From Desulfurococcales archaeon (lineage in GTDB: Archaea > Thermoproteota > Thermoprotei_A > Sulfolobales > Ignicoccaceae): 48,257 bases of DNA. Positions within the stretch are counted from its first letter, which is position 1; each line of letters opens with the position of its first letter. The stretch is from NCBI GenBank assembly GCA_027081755.1, contig JALWJF010000071.1, forward strand, positions 1 through 48,257. Direction: 5' to 3'. A program made the translations under genes and the position numbers. The notes under the pieces were generated by a model that ran no database searches, was not told the DNA's origin, and worked only from the letters and a program-made list of their open reading frames with translations. Positions 37,427 to 46,809 of the stretch are shown here, one piece after another.

Positions 37427-38184
37427 TTTGTCTCACCAAGCATTATCCTAATCTTCCTCAACGTAGTCATGGGTACACACTCTATTTCAAATATTTCAGA
37501 GCTCGAAGGGACACTTCTTGGTCTTTCCTTAGATACTAAAAGAGGATAAGGTAGGGCTTCACTTAACTTCTCTAAACCGTTGATGGCCCTTGATGGTATC
37601 ACCTTTGCCCCTCTTCTAGCTAACAATGCACTGACCAATAATACATCATTATGATCCACGTAAATGACCCCCTCCACGCCATAGGGAAGACCACCTACCC
37701 CCTCATATATGTCTCTATTTGTATAAACATACACTAGGTCTCTAATCTCTACAAAGATCTCTGTACGTGGGTTCTTCAAGTCAACTTTACCATCTATCTT
37801 TGATCCTATCATTGAGGCAAGTTGAACGCTGTTCAGAGGGTACCTCTTGTCGGCTCTCCTAACCCTTACAGCAAACGTTCCTTCAACCTCTACGAGGTTG
37901 GGTATCACATTTGCTAGTTCTTCTGGTGGCAATTTCTCTAGTGCTAAAGCCTTTGCTATGTGGTGTACTCCGGGCATGCGCCTGATGTTTGTCGGTCCTC
38001 CTCCCCAAACAACGATCCTCCCTTGGTCAACAAACACCTTTCTCCTAATGCCCCACTTCATTAACTTAAGGTACACATGCTTTCTTAGAGTTCTCTCCAT
38101 TAGATGTCTCTTCTTTCCCTTAAGTGCTATCTCTGAGTATGCTATTAGAAGGACAGGACGGGTAAACATGACTGCTTCCGCCAT
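37423..38184 (-). CDS. THUMP-domain protein, ThiI-like N-terminus without intact PP-loop
   Basis: YSEIALKG, TFAVRVRRADK, VDLKNP, GGLPYG; SGGxDS absent. Confidence 0.82.
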   Translation of the reverse strand: MAEAVMFTRPVLLIAYSEIALKGKKRHLMERTLRKHVYLKLMKWGIRRKVFVDQGRIVVWGGGPTNIRRMPGVHHIAKALALEKLPPEELANVIPNLVEVEGTFAVRVRRADKRYPLNSVQLASMIGSKIDGKVDLKNPRTEIFVEIRDLVYVYTNRDIYEGVGGLPYGVEGVIYVDHNDVLLVSALLARRGAKVIPSRAINGLEKLSEALPYPLLVSKERPRSVPSSSEIFEIECVPMTTLRKIRIMLGETN

Positions 38185-38501
38185 TTCCTCATTAAGGTTC
38201 TACAAGTCCTACACATTAAGAATCCCAACTCTTCAGGCGTAGCAGTATCCTCAGCTATCTTCTTAGCTATTAACCTTACTAGCTTTCCAGCTTCGTTATC
38301 CTTCAGTATTTCTTCTACCTTCTCAAACTTGCTCCTTTTGTCCTTTAAATAATGGCTCACTGTAGAAGCGGTTGTGCCTATTTTCTTAGCTATGGTGTAA
38401 TTGCTGAGACCATACTCCTTGCTTAGACAATAGACCACAGCAGCCCTTATTGCCGGCACGACCTCAGAAGCGGCTACTTCACAGTGAGGTCTTAATAACA
38501 A
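38145..38501 (-). CDS. Archaeal HTH transcriptional regulator (COG2522-like)
   Basis: PHCE...PAIRA, IAKKIGTTASTVSHYL, C-terminal CxxC. Confidence 0.85.
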   Translation of the reverse strand: MLLRPHCEVAASEVVPAIRAAVVYCLSKEYGLSNYTIAKKIGTTASTVSHYLKDKRSKFEKVEEILKDNEAGKLVRLIAKKIAEDTATPEELGFLMCRTCRTLMRKWRKQSCLPVLSF

Positions 38502-38569
38502 TTTCCCTTCACCACGTATAATCCTGTACGCATCATGTCTTTAAGTCGTACCTTTGTGGCGCTAAATAG

Positions 38570-39289
38570 GTGATGGAATTGTCATTCGAAATGGAGTGGA
38601 CACCCGAGGTCAGAGAAAGTTTAAGGGAAGCGTTAGCTGATATGGTTAATCCAGTAGAAGTGTTAGTTTTCGTGGAAGAAGGCTGCGAATACTGTGACGC
38701 AACCGCTGAAATGGTAAAAGTGATGAGTGAAGAGAGCCCTAAGAAGGATGGTCAACCCTTGCTGAGGTATAAAGTCTTCTACCGAGGTAAGGATGATGAA
38801 GCTTTTGACAAATATAAGGTTGATAGGGTACCCAGCGTACTCTTGCTAGACGGATACATAAGGTATACCGGCATACCTGCTGGTGAAGAGATCAAGGGCT
38901 TTGTAGAAACTATAATTAGGATTTCGGAAGACGAAAGTGGATTAGAAGAGGAAACTAAACAAAGTCTGGCTAAACTTAACGGCTGTTACTACATAGAAAA
39001 CGTAGTAACTCCACAATGCCCCTATTGTCCTTATGCCGCCTTAATGATAAACATGTTCGCATTTGAGGCTAAGAAACAAGGTAAGCCTTGTGTTACTGCC
39101 GATACTGTTGAGGCTTATGAGAACGAGGACATAGCTAACAAGTATAATGTCATGAGCGTACCGACGATAGCTATAAACGGTAATGTTGAATTCGTGGGGT
39201 TGCCTTATGAGGAAGACCTAATGAGTAAGTTGCTTGAGACAACTCCCAAAGGACCTTGTGAAGAAGAGGAGTGTTACGTGAGGCCCTAA
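38570..39289 (+). CDS. Protein disulfide oxidoreductase (PDO, two thioredoxin folds)
   Basis: CEYC and CPYC motifs; GIPAGEE; VMSVP. Confidence 0.92.
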   Translation: MMELSFEMEWTPEVRESLREALADMVNPVEVLVFVEEGCEYCDATAEMVKVMSEESPKKDGQPLLRYKVFYRGKDDEAFDKYKVDRVPSVLLLDGYIRYTGIPAGEEIKGFVETIIRISEDESGLEEETKQSLAKLNGCYYIENVVTPQCPYCPYAALMINMFAFEAKKQGKPCVTADTVEAYENEDIANKYNVMSVPTIAINGNVEFVGLPYEEDLMSKLLETTPKGPCEEEECYVRP

Positions 39290-39311
39290 ATCCATGAGTT
39301 TTTGTGGTGTA

Positions 39312-39390
39312 TGGTGCGGCGGCCGGGATTTGAACCCGGGATCACCGGCTTGGGAGGCCGGCATCCTAGTCCAGGCTAGACGACCGCCGC
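39312..39390 (-). tRNA. tRNA-Gly(CCC), CCA encoded
   Basis: GCGGCGG/CCGCCGC acceptor, CCGGC-CT-CCC-AA-GCCGG anticodon arm, TTCAAAT T-loop. Confidence 0.96.
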
Positions 39391-39457
39391 AGGGCTACCA
39401 TGAGGCGGGTTACGTATACACTTAAAAATTTTACTCTAAAGCGTTTATGGTAAGAAC

Positions 39458-39922
39458 TTGTACTACCTTTACTTTGATGGTTTATGCGAGCCAATAAACC
39501 CCGGAGGTGTTGCAACGTACGGTTTTATCATAAAAGATGAGAAAGGTAGCATCATTTGTAAAGGTAAGGGTATCGTAGGTGCTGGAATGTTTGGAGATGA
39601 TGTAACCAACAATGTTGCTGAGTATATGGCATTAATTAAAGCACTTGAGTGTTTCAGGGAGAAAGGGCTAAGAGGACCTTTAGTAGTCAAGGGAGATTCT
39701 CAGTTAGTGATAAGACAACTAAAAGGTGAATACAAGGTCAGATCGCCCAGAATTAAGCCCCTTTATAAAAAGGTAAAGGATTTGATCGAGAGTTTGGATG
39801 TTAGATTTGAATGGGTACCCAGAGAAAGGAATGTTGAAGCGGACAAGCTTTCACGAGAGGCCTTTAAGGAGTTTCTGGAAAAATACAGGAGGGAGTATAT
39901 GGAGTACTACAACAAGATGTAA
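39458..39922 (+). CDS. rnhA: Ribonuclease HI
   Basis: FDGLCEP.NPGG, TNNVAEY, GDSQLVI, WVPRE.N.EAD. Confidence 0.95.
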   Translation: MYYLYFDGLCEPINPGGVATYGFIIKDEKGSIICKGKGIVGAGMFGDDVTNNVAEYMALIKALECFREKGLRGPLVVKGDSQLVIRQLKGEYKVRSPRIKPLYKKVKDLIESLDVRFEWVPRERNVEADKLSREAFKEFLEKYRREYMEYYNKM

Positions 39923-40686
39923 CCTTGGACCTTCCTTCTCTGAGCTATAGCCAGAACTATTTTCCAATCCATACTCCTCACAGCTCCGTTGAACCGAAAC
40001 TCACTTACTACTTTGCCATCCGGTTTTATGACAACTACTCTTTTTCCTCCTCTGTCCCCTATAGCGAGTAAGTCGCCTAGCCAAGCTAATCCAGTAACTT
40101 CATAACCTTCAATAATCTTTATGACCTTAGTCCCGTCGAGTAATGCTACTCCATAGGGAATTGAGGCAGCTATTAGTGGTCCTTCTCTGACGTGTTCTAC
40201 CCTGCCAAGAGCTACAAAGTCCTTGTCAACGTAAACACCGTCTTCCGTCCCTATTATTAGGGAGTTTCCCCAGTCTATGCTTAGAAGCTTTTTCCCTAAC
40301 CGTTTTACTTTAGTTATCTTAAATTTGCCCTCTTCGCCTTTGAGTAAGAGAAGAGAAGTATCGGTTATTACAGCTAGCTTGTCCTCTTTGACGGAACAAT
40401 CGAGTGCTCTCTCTTTTAAAGGAACTATGCCAGAGGGTTTGCCCCTCTTATTCTCGAATATAAATATAGCCGAAGATGAGGGAAAGAACGTGAGTCTCTT
40501 ATCTAGACAAGGCCTACCTAGTCTACTTCCCTTGTAATATTTCTTAGCTAAAAGCTTCCCATCGGGGCGTATTAAGTAAGCCGTGAAATCTGCTGAGACC
40601 GCCACGTGTCCTTCTGGACCCTCTTTGAGTATTGGTTCATCGCTCGCAACCCTCCTAGTCCAAGCGTGATGGAGCTTCAACTTCAT
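39907..40686 (-). CDS. WD40-like beta-propeller protein
   Basis: Repeated LIRPDGKLL / VIKPDGKVV, SIDWG, GLAWLG and SMDWK blades. Confidence 0.65.
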   Translation of the reverse strand: MKLKLHHAWTRRVASDEPILKEGPEGHVAVSADFTAYLIRPDGKLLAKKYYKGSRLGRPCLDKRLTFFPSSSAIFIFENKRGKPSGIVPLKERALDCSVKEDKLAVITDTSLLLLKGEEGKFKITKVKRLGKKLLSIDWGNSLIIGTEDGVYVDKDFVALGRVEHVREGPLIAASIPYGVALLDGTKVIKIIEGYEVTGLAWLGDLLAIGDRGGKRVVVIKPDGKVVSEFRFNGAVRSMDWKIVLAIAQRRKVQGYILL

Positions 40687-41252
40687 TACCTTAGTGCCTT
40701 TATCTCAACCACCTTGAACCTCAGCACATCACCCTCCGGTACCTCAGCCTTGACTTTTACCCTTTCGTTGCCTTTACCTTTCATCCTCAAGTATCTCCTT
40801 ATTATTGATGCTATTATCAATGCTTCTGGACTTAACGTAAAGAACTCAATGTTTCTTTGCCTAAGGATCTGATAGGTGGGGATGAATACTGAACCTCTGA
40901 CCTCTATGTCCCATGTGCTATCTTCCCTTTTCACTTTCACTTCTTTCGCCAGCTTTAACTCTTTGAACACTTTCTCTATTGCTTCTTCTGGCTTACTGAA
41001 ATCCACCTTTATTAGCTGTTCTACATAGTCGCTTAGGAGGTCTCCGAGTTCGAAGAGGAGCATTTGGCTGAGTGCGTTCGCGCCGGCGCCCAAGGCCCTC
41101 GTTATCGCTATTTGATATGCAGACACGAGTGCGTTTACTAAGGCGGGGCTTAAGCATACATCTTCTGCGCTCATGAGACTCTTCACCTCTTCCTTCAATA
41201 CCCTCTCACCTCTTCCACTACTAGCTGGGTTATTCAGCTTCATCCTTTCCAT
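40686..41252 (-). CDS. V4R-like domain protein
   Basis: Helical N-half (LGAGANALSQM...G), then LAKEVKV..DIEVRGSVF...SPEALII pattern resembling V4R/Bet3-fold proteins of Ignicoccus. Confidence 0.55.
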   Translation of the reverse strand: MERMKLNNPASSGRGERVLKEEVKSLMSAEDVCLSPALVNALVSAYQIAITRALGAGANALSQMLLFELGDLLSDYVEQLIKVDFSKPEEAIEKVFKELKLAKEVKVKREDSTWDIEVRGSVFIPTYQILRQRNIEFFTLSPEALIIASIIRRYLRMKGKGNERVKVKAEVPEGDVLRFKVVEIKALR

Positions 41253-41379
41253 AGCCGTTTCGAACCAAAAGACTATAGAATTTTAGCTTTATACCTAAAC
41301 GAAAGGTTCGAAATTGTGGGAAATAAGGGGGATATGATATCGTTTTTAGTCAGTCAAGGACAACCATTTTCCGAGAACA

Positions 41380-42258
41380 ATGGATGTAAAAGAGATAGCT
41401 AAGAGAATGTGCGAAGAAGAACTGAAGGCGTCCGTAGCTTATTCCTTAATTGCGGACATGGAAAAAGACCCTATATTCAAAGAAACTTTGAAGAAGATAA
41501 GTGAGGACGAGAAGAGGCATTACGAATTTTGGAAAAAAATATATGGATCAGAGTGCAAGGTCAGAATCAGCAAAATCTTAATAAAGATCACAAAGATGCT
41601 CTTTGGTACATACTTTACGATAAAGCTATTAGAAAAGGGGGAAAACGACGCGATACTCATTTACAGCAAGATATTGGAAGAAATAAACGATCCAGAAATG
41701 AAAAAAGAGTTGGAAAAAATAATAGAGGACGAGAAGAGACACGAAAGATCATTGAGTGAAAAACTCAAGGACATGAAAGCCAAGTATGTGGGCTATATAG
41801 CTTTGGGGCTAGCTGATGCGGTAGTAGAAATAACTGGCGTCCATGCTGGCTTCTTGGGCGCTACCGATAACCCGATAATGGCTGGTTTGGCTGGTATAAT
41901 AGTGGGCTTTTCGGCTTCCCTATCTATGGGAGGTGCAGCGTATGTCCAAGCTAAACACGACCCAGACGTAAGACCTCCAGTAAGCGCGGCTATAACGCTC
42001 ATAAGCTATCTCTTTAGTGTGATAATGCTTGCGCTGCCTTACTTCTTGTTGAGATCGGTCGTTCTAGCATTCACAACTTCGTTAGCGGTAGCAACGATAA
42101 TAATGGGTACATTCATATTCTATAGCTCAGTAATTCAAGACAAGAGCTTCTTGAGAGAATATTTGGAGACGTTATTACTGTTGTTCATGACGGCATTTGG
42201 AAGCTATGCTTTCGGGTACATCTTAGAGACAATCCTACATATTAAGGTGCCAGTCTGA
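41380..42258 (+). CDS. Rubrerythrin-like domain + VIT1/CCC1 membrane domain fusion (MbfA-like iron exporter)
   Basis: Two DEKRH di-iron motifs, then LGLADAVVEITG and ASLSMG. Confidence 0.88.
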   Translation: MDVKEIAKRMCEEELKASVAYSLIADMEKDPIFKETLKKISEDEKRHYEFWKKIYGSECKVRISKILIKITKMLFGTYFTIKLLEKGENDAILIYSKILEEINDPEMKKELEKIIEDEKRHERSLSEKLKDMKAKYVGYIALGLADAVVEITGVHAGFLGATDNPIMAGLAGIIVGFSASLSMGGAAYVQAKHDPDVRPPVSAAITLISYLFSVIMLALPYFLLRSVVLAFTTSLAVATIIMGTFIFYSSVIQDKSFLREYLETLLLLFMTAFGSYAFGYILETILHIKVPV

Positions 42259-42309
42259 CAGCTCATTTATTTATACCGTAAACTTCTTATACAAATTGGG
42301 AGGACGGCT

Positions 42310-42813
42310 ATGAAGAAGAGTATCCTAGCACTAGCTCTAGCAATATTCGCGCTACCAACCCTTGCCAGTAACTATATAGAGATAACTGTGAACCCAGGGA
42401 CTGCTGGGCTAACTGTTACTTACTATTATACCGTAGCTCTGACAATACCGGTCATTGATGGTCATTCAATAACCATTACCGTTCCCGGTGACGTGGTAGC
42501 GCCCGGCGTACCAGTTAGTACAACCAAAGAGATAACACAGACACCATTACTCCTATATCCCATAACGGTTACGGGTGAGATCAACGTAACTGCTGAGGGC
42601 AATTTCGGTAGTGCTGTCGGTAACCAGACTTTCACCATGGCTTTAACGCCGGGGCAGTCGAACACTGTCAGCATCCACGTGGATCTTAGCAACGGAGGAT
42701 ACGTTGACGCCTACGTAAATCTCTTCGTTAACAAGCTAAGTATAAGTGGTGTTGCCTTAGCTGCCGCAGCTCTTGCCGGTCTGTTGGGCAAGAGGGCTAA
42801 GTCTAAGAAGTGA
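42310..42813 (+). CDS. Secreted beta-rich protein with C-terminal anchor/sorting segment
   Basis: Signal peptide MKKSILALAL; Thr/Val-rich body; ISGVALAAAALAGLLG followed by KRAKSKK. Confidence 0.78.
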   Translation: MKKSILALALAIFALPTLASNYIEITVNPGTAGLTVTYYYTVALTIPVIDGHSITITVPGDVVAPGVPVSTTKEITQTPLLLYPITVTGEINVTAEGNFGSAVGNQTFTMALTPGQSNTVSIHVDLSNGGYVDAYVNLFVNKLSISGVALAAAALAGLLGKRAKSKK

Positions 42814-43588
42814 AGTTCAATATAAAACGCCAAATACCCTTTCTAGGGGCATAATCCAACACTTTTTTAACCTCGTTCGCTCGCAGTTCTTCTTTTAGTC
42901 CATCCACCTTCTCGTCTCCGATAACAACGTAAAGTATAATTTCCCTTTTTGCTAACCTTTTGGCAATGGGTAAATAGTTAAGCGATTTATGTGGTAAGTT
43001 CATAATAACTATGTCGAAGTACTTATCCTTAAACGAATCTGATACTGAATAGAAGTCGCCCATAATGGGGATTATCTCTCCCTTCAATAGCTTTTTATTC
43101 AAATCCAAGTTATCAATCATATATTTTATTGCATAAGGGTTTATATCAACTGCAAACGATTTTACCTTAGCCCTTTTAGCCATATGAAATGAGAAGAAAC
43201 CTAAACCCGCGAAAGCATCGAGAACTTTGTAATTATTTTCAACCCTTTGGGCTATGATAGCATGTTCCTCTGCTAAAGATGGGTTAACATAGACCTTCGT
43301 TATATCTAATTTAAACCTCAACCCGTGTTCCTTGTATACGGTTTCAGTCCTCTTTTCACCTCCTAAGTGAATTAATCTAGCTACTCTGTATTCCCCCTCT
43401 GTATTCACCTTCGCCCATACGGCTTTAACTCTCTTCTGCATATTCATTATACACTCTGCTATCTCCTTGCCGTAATTTAACATCCTCTCATCTTTTAATG
43501 AAATAATTGCTATATCACCAATTATTGAAAACGAACGAGGCCAATTTCCTTCTCCTATTTTTTCCCTTAAGCAATCCTTTAGTTTCAT
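42803..43588 (-). CDS. Trm5/Taw2 (Met-10+) family tRNA-37 SAM-dependent transferase
   Basis: IIGDIA, GEYRV, T.YKEHG..F, LDAFAGLG, DINP, IMNLP. Confidence 0.9.
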   Translation of the reverse strand: MKLKDCLREKIGEGNWPRSFSIIGDIAIISLKDERMLNYGKEIAECIMNMQKRVKAVWAKVNTEGEYRVARLIHLGGEKRTETVYKEHGLRFKLDITKVYVNPSLAEEHAIIAQRVENNYKVLDAFAGLGFFSFHMAKRAKVKSFAVDINPYAIKYMIDNLDLNKKLLKGEIIPIMGDFYSVSDSFKDKYFDIVIMNLPHKSLNYLPIAKRLAKREIILYVVIGDEKVDGLKEELRANEVKKVLDYAPRKGIWRFILNFTS

Positions 43589-43652
43589 GGTAACACCCTT
43601 TTACAGTGATATAAGGGATTAAGTAAAGCGTTGGAGCGGTAAGGGAAAAACT

Positions 43653-44723
43653 ATGAGGGTAGCAATCATCGGAACGGGCTTCGGCGGCCTTTCGGCTGCT
43701 ACTGCTGCTGAGAAGTACGGCTTGGAAATAGTGCAGATCGGTCCATCGCATTTCGAATACTTGCCCTCCTTGGCTAAGATATTGAGTGGTAGGAAAAACT
43801 CCGAAGACCTCATTGTAAGGCCTGCTTTTCGGTGGGACTTAATACCAGAGAAGGCTCTGAAGGTAGTTGAAGAAGGTAATAAGGTAAAGGTAGTGACCGA
43901 AAACGAGAGAGTCGAAGCAGACTTCGTCATTCTAGCTCCGGGCTCAGAACCGTGGATGCCCGTCCAAGGTGTATCTCCCCTATATAGGGTATCTCATGCT
44001 AGAGAAATTAAAAGGAAGTTAGATAAGGTAGGAAAAAATGCCAAGATAGTTATAGTGGGCTCTGGTCTAGTGGGCTTAGAAGCTGCCGGCGAACTCGCTT
44101 GGACAAGAGAAGCTGGTCTAACCGAGTATGAAATAACAATACTCGAAGGTGCTCCGGAACTCGCCCCAACGCTTCCATGCTGGAAAGTAAGATCTCTAAT
44201 AGCCAAACTCTTGAGGAAACATAAAGTAAAGTATTACTTGAACGCATTGGTTTCGAGAATTGAGGACGGCAAGGTTATTTCCAAAGATGGTAAGGAGTTC
44301 GAAGCAGATGTGGTAATATGGGCAGCAGGGGTACAAGGACCCCGTATAGATGTGCCTTGCGCAACTAGAGCGAGGAGGGGGTTCATAGAAGTAGACGAAT
44401 ATCTGAGGGCGAAGGGTTGTAAGAGGATTTATGTGGCGGGAGACGCCTCTTCATCTAAAAGCTTGAAGATGGCAGAGGAGGCAATGAGGCATGGCTGGTA
44501 TGCCGTTCTGCACATGACCAATAGAAAACGTGAGCCATACAAGCCTTTCCTATCATCACAGAATCCCATATGTTTCATAACATTGGGTCCTAAGGATGGA
44601 GTCAGCGTAATAAGGAAAATAGCAATCCCGGGTAGACTAGCCCCGACAGTTAAGGATATACTCGAAAGATTGATGATAAGTATGGCGAAGAAGGCTAAGA
44701 TGAGACCGCCTATACCTGTGTGA
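43653..44723 (+). CDS. FAD-dependent pyridine nucleotide-disulfide oxidoreductase (NDH-2/SQR-like)
   Basis: GTGFGG, GSGLVGLEAAGE, WAAG, IYVAGD. Confidence 0.88.
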   Translation: MRVAIIGTGFGGLSAATAAEKYGLEIVQIGPSHFEYLPSLAKILSGRKNSEDLIVRPAFRWDLIPEKALKVVEEGNKVKVVTENERVEADFVILAPGSEPWMPVQGVSPLYRVSHAREIKRKLDKVGKNAKIVIVGSGLVGLEAAGELAWTREAGLTEYEITILEGAPELAPTLPCWKVRSLIAKLLRKHKVKYYLNALVSRIEDGKVISKDGKEFEADVVIWAAGVQGPRIDVPCATRARRGFIEVDEYLRAKGCKRIYVAGDASSSKSLKMAEEAMRHGWYAVLHMTNRKREPYKPFLSSQNPICFITLGPKDGVSVIRKIAIPGRLAPTVKDILERLMISMAKKAKMRPPIPV

Positions 44724-44787
44724 GGATGCCCTGCCCCCTTTCACCTTATATTCCTTTAGAGGCTAGTCTAATAGGTGGGTTAGAAAC

Positions 44788-45540
44788 GTGGCACTGAAAC
44801 TGGAAGTACTCCAAGTAGGTGGCTGGAAGCCCTTTTCCTTGGTAGATGTAGTAGGCAAGATAACCTTTACTGTTTGGGCATGTGGGTGCAATCTTAAGTG
44901 CCCTTTTTGCCATAACTGGAAACAAGCAGAGTGGCAAGATTGTATGGGCTGGGAACCCCTAATGTTTGAGAACGAGTTAGAACAAGCCAAAGAGTTCGTT
45001 GATATGGTTCACTTAACTGGCGGAGAGCCTACCCTTCAACCTAAGCTGGTGAAGGAAGTAGCTAAAATCTCGAAGAGTAAAGGGGTTCCATTCTCACTTA
45101 ATACCAACTGTACGACTCCTTTCGCTTTGAAACTAATAGAAATTGCTGACCATGTGGCTACTGATATAAAGGTCCCGTTTAGCGAGCTTTCAGGTCTACC
45201 TTACCGAACGTCGGAGGTATTTTGGAGAAACTTCTTAAATTGCATGAACAAGTTAGCGTCAATGAAAATACCAGTAGAACTGAGGATTCCGGTTGCTAAG
45301 GGGCTAACTATGAAGTACTTAGATACCATAAGAGATATAGTTGAAAAGTTTGAACCGAATAGGGTAACACTTGTGATAAACCCTTTAGTTACAGAACCCT
45401 TGACCGATCCAAGAAATAAAGAATGGTGTTCCAAGTATTGTTACAAAGAAGGTCATTTAAGCAAGGAAGAGGAGTCTTTATGGAAAGAGTTCGCTGAGAG
45501 ATTGGGAGTGAAGTATAAGATAAAGAGATGGATAGATTGA
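44788..45540 (+). CDS. Glycyl-radical activase family radical SAM (anaerobic RNR activating protein-like)
   Basis: GWK..SLVD, GCNLKCPFCHN, TGGEPTLQ, DIK. Confidence 0.85.
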   Translation: MALKLEVLQVGGWKPFSLVDVVGKITFTVWACGCNLKCPFCHNWKQAEWQDCMGWEPLMFENELEQAKEFVDMVHLTGGEPTLQPKLVKEVAKISKSKGVPFSLNTNCTTPFALKLIEIADHVATDIKVPFSELSGLPYRTSEVFWRNFLNCMNKLASMKIPVELRIPVAKGLTMKYLDTIRDIVEKFEPNRVTLVINPLVTEPLTDPRNKEWCSKYCYKEGHLSKEEESLWKEFAERLGVKYKIKRWID

Positions 45541-45542
45541 AA

Positions 45543-45604
45543 GGCCTCCTGACAGAGCGCCTTCTTCACCTAAATCCGACCGGTGGTTCGGCCAGTCATC
45601 GGCC
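45543..45604 (-). ncRNA. Candidate C/D-like sRNA overlapping the hisD stop codon
   Basis: GGCC-GAT-GA-CTG...CGGA-TTTAG-GTGAAGA-AGGCGCTCTGT-CAG-GA-GGCC; same architecture as 23162..23220. Confidence 0.55.
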
Positions 45605-46759
45605 CAAAGATTTCTTCAGTGCTTTAGCATGATATTTCATGCCTTCCATTTCAGCTATCTTTAGAGCGAGTTCGATGAGTTTCTTTGCCTCTGGATACGC
45701 CTTCACTATCACCTTCCATCTCATAAAGTCTATTGGACCCAAAGGACCCCTTCCTTTGGCCCAACCAGACGTCGGCAAGACGTGGTTAGGACCAGCTGCG
45801 TAGTCTAAGAACGGGCTAGGAGTTTCCAACGATATAGCTCCAGCCACAGGAACTTCAAATGTATCGACGTATAGGGCAACGTGTTCTGGAGCTAGTTCTG
45901 AGGTGACTTTTATGGCCTCTCTGACATCTTTCACCTTTGCTGCGTACATGGCACCTTCAATATTTTCATTCTTTACAATCTCTTCAACCTCTTCTATGAG
46001 CTTTTCAGAAGGCGTCAAGAGCAAGGCAAAACTCAAGGGACCGTGTTCGGCTTGGGCGAGCATGTCAAGTGCCACTTCTTCTGCGTCAGCGTTTTCATCT
46101 GCGATCACGACCAGCTCTGTAGGTCCAGCTACCATATCTATAGGAACATGTGCTGAGACTAAGAGCTTGGCTGCTTGTACATAAGGTCCTCCAGGCCCTA
46201 CAACCTTATCTACTTTAGAAACATATGCCAATGCAGCTATTCCATGAGCTCCTCCGGAAGCAATCACCTTATCTACCTTTGAGGCCTTTATGGCAGCCCT
46301 CACGGCTTCACTCTCTAGACTCTTCGGAGGTGTTGCCAATACGACCTCCTTAACCCCTATAGCCTTTGCTACACCCGCTGTCATCAAAACGGTTGAAGGA
46401 TATGGATAAAGACCCCCCGGAGCATAAACTCCCAATCTGTCTACAGGTTCCCATACCGCTAGCGCTCTAACGCCTTCTCTAGAGAATAAGCTACTAACAG
46501 GGGTAATTTCTGAGTGGAATGAGGCTAACTGTTCTAACACTCTTTCAAACAACTCCACAAGCTCATCATTTGCCTCCAGCGCATTCACATTCACTACTAT
46601 TTCTCCATCGTAATTATCAAATTTCTTTGTGTATTCTTTTACAGCTTCTAATCCTCTTTCCCTAACATCTTTAACTATAGGCTTTACTCTGTCCACATAC
46701 TCCCATAAGTCTAGCTCTTTTCTTACGGCACTTATCTGATCTAAGGTTATTCTCTTCAC
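45596..46759 (-). CDS. hisD: Histidinol dehydrogenase
   Basis: YAPGG..YPSTVLM, GPGG.YV, AGPTE, AQAEH, APEH, DY.AGPNHVLPT. Confidence 0.95.
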   Translation of the reverse strand: MKRITLDQISAVRKELDLWEYVDRVKPIVKDVRERGLEAVKEYTKKFDNYDGEIVVNVNALEANDELVELFERVLEQLASFHSEITPVSSLFSREGVRALAVWEPVDRLGVYAPGGLYPYPSTVLMTAGVAKAIGVKEVVLATPPKSLESEAVRAAIKASKVDKVIASGGAHGIAALAYVSKVDKVVGPGGPYVQAAKLLVSAHVPIDMVAGPTELVVIADENADAEEVALDMLAQAEHGPLSFALLLTPSEKLIEEVEEIVKNENIEGAMYAAKVKDVREAIKVTSELAPEHVALYVDTFEVPVAGAISLETPSPFLDYAAGPNHVLPTSGWAKGRGPLGPIDFMRWKVIVKAYPEAKKLIELALKIAEMEGMKYHAKALKKSLGR

Positions 46760-46809
46760 TACCTAGTACCCATTAAAAGGTCCGTTGAAGGAGCATTTAA
46801 CGGTGCCCC

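Noticed and set aside
44720-44787. Possible C/D sRNA starting at GTGAGGA
   Set aside because: No properly spaced D'/C'/D boxes or terminal stem found.
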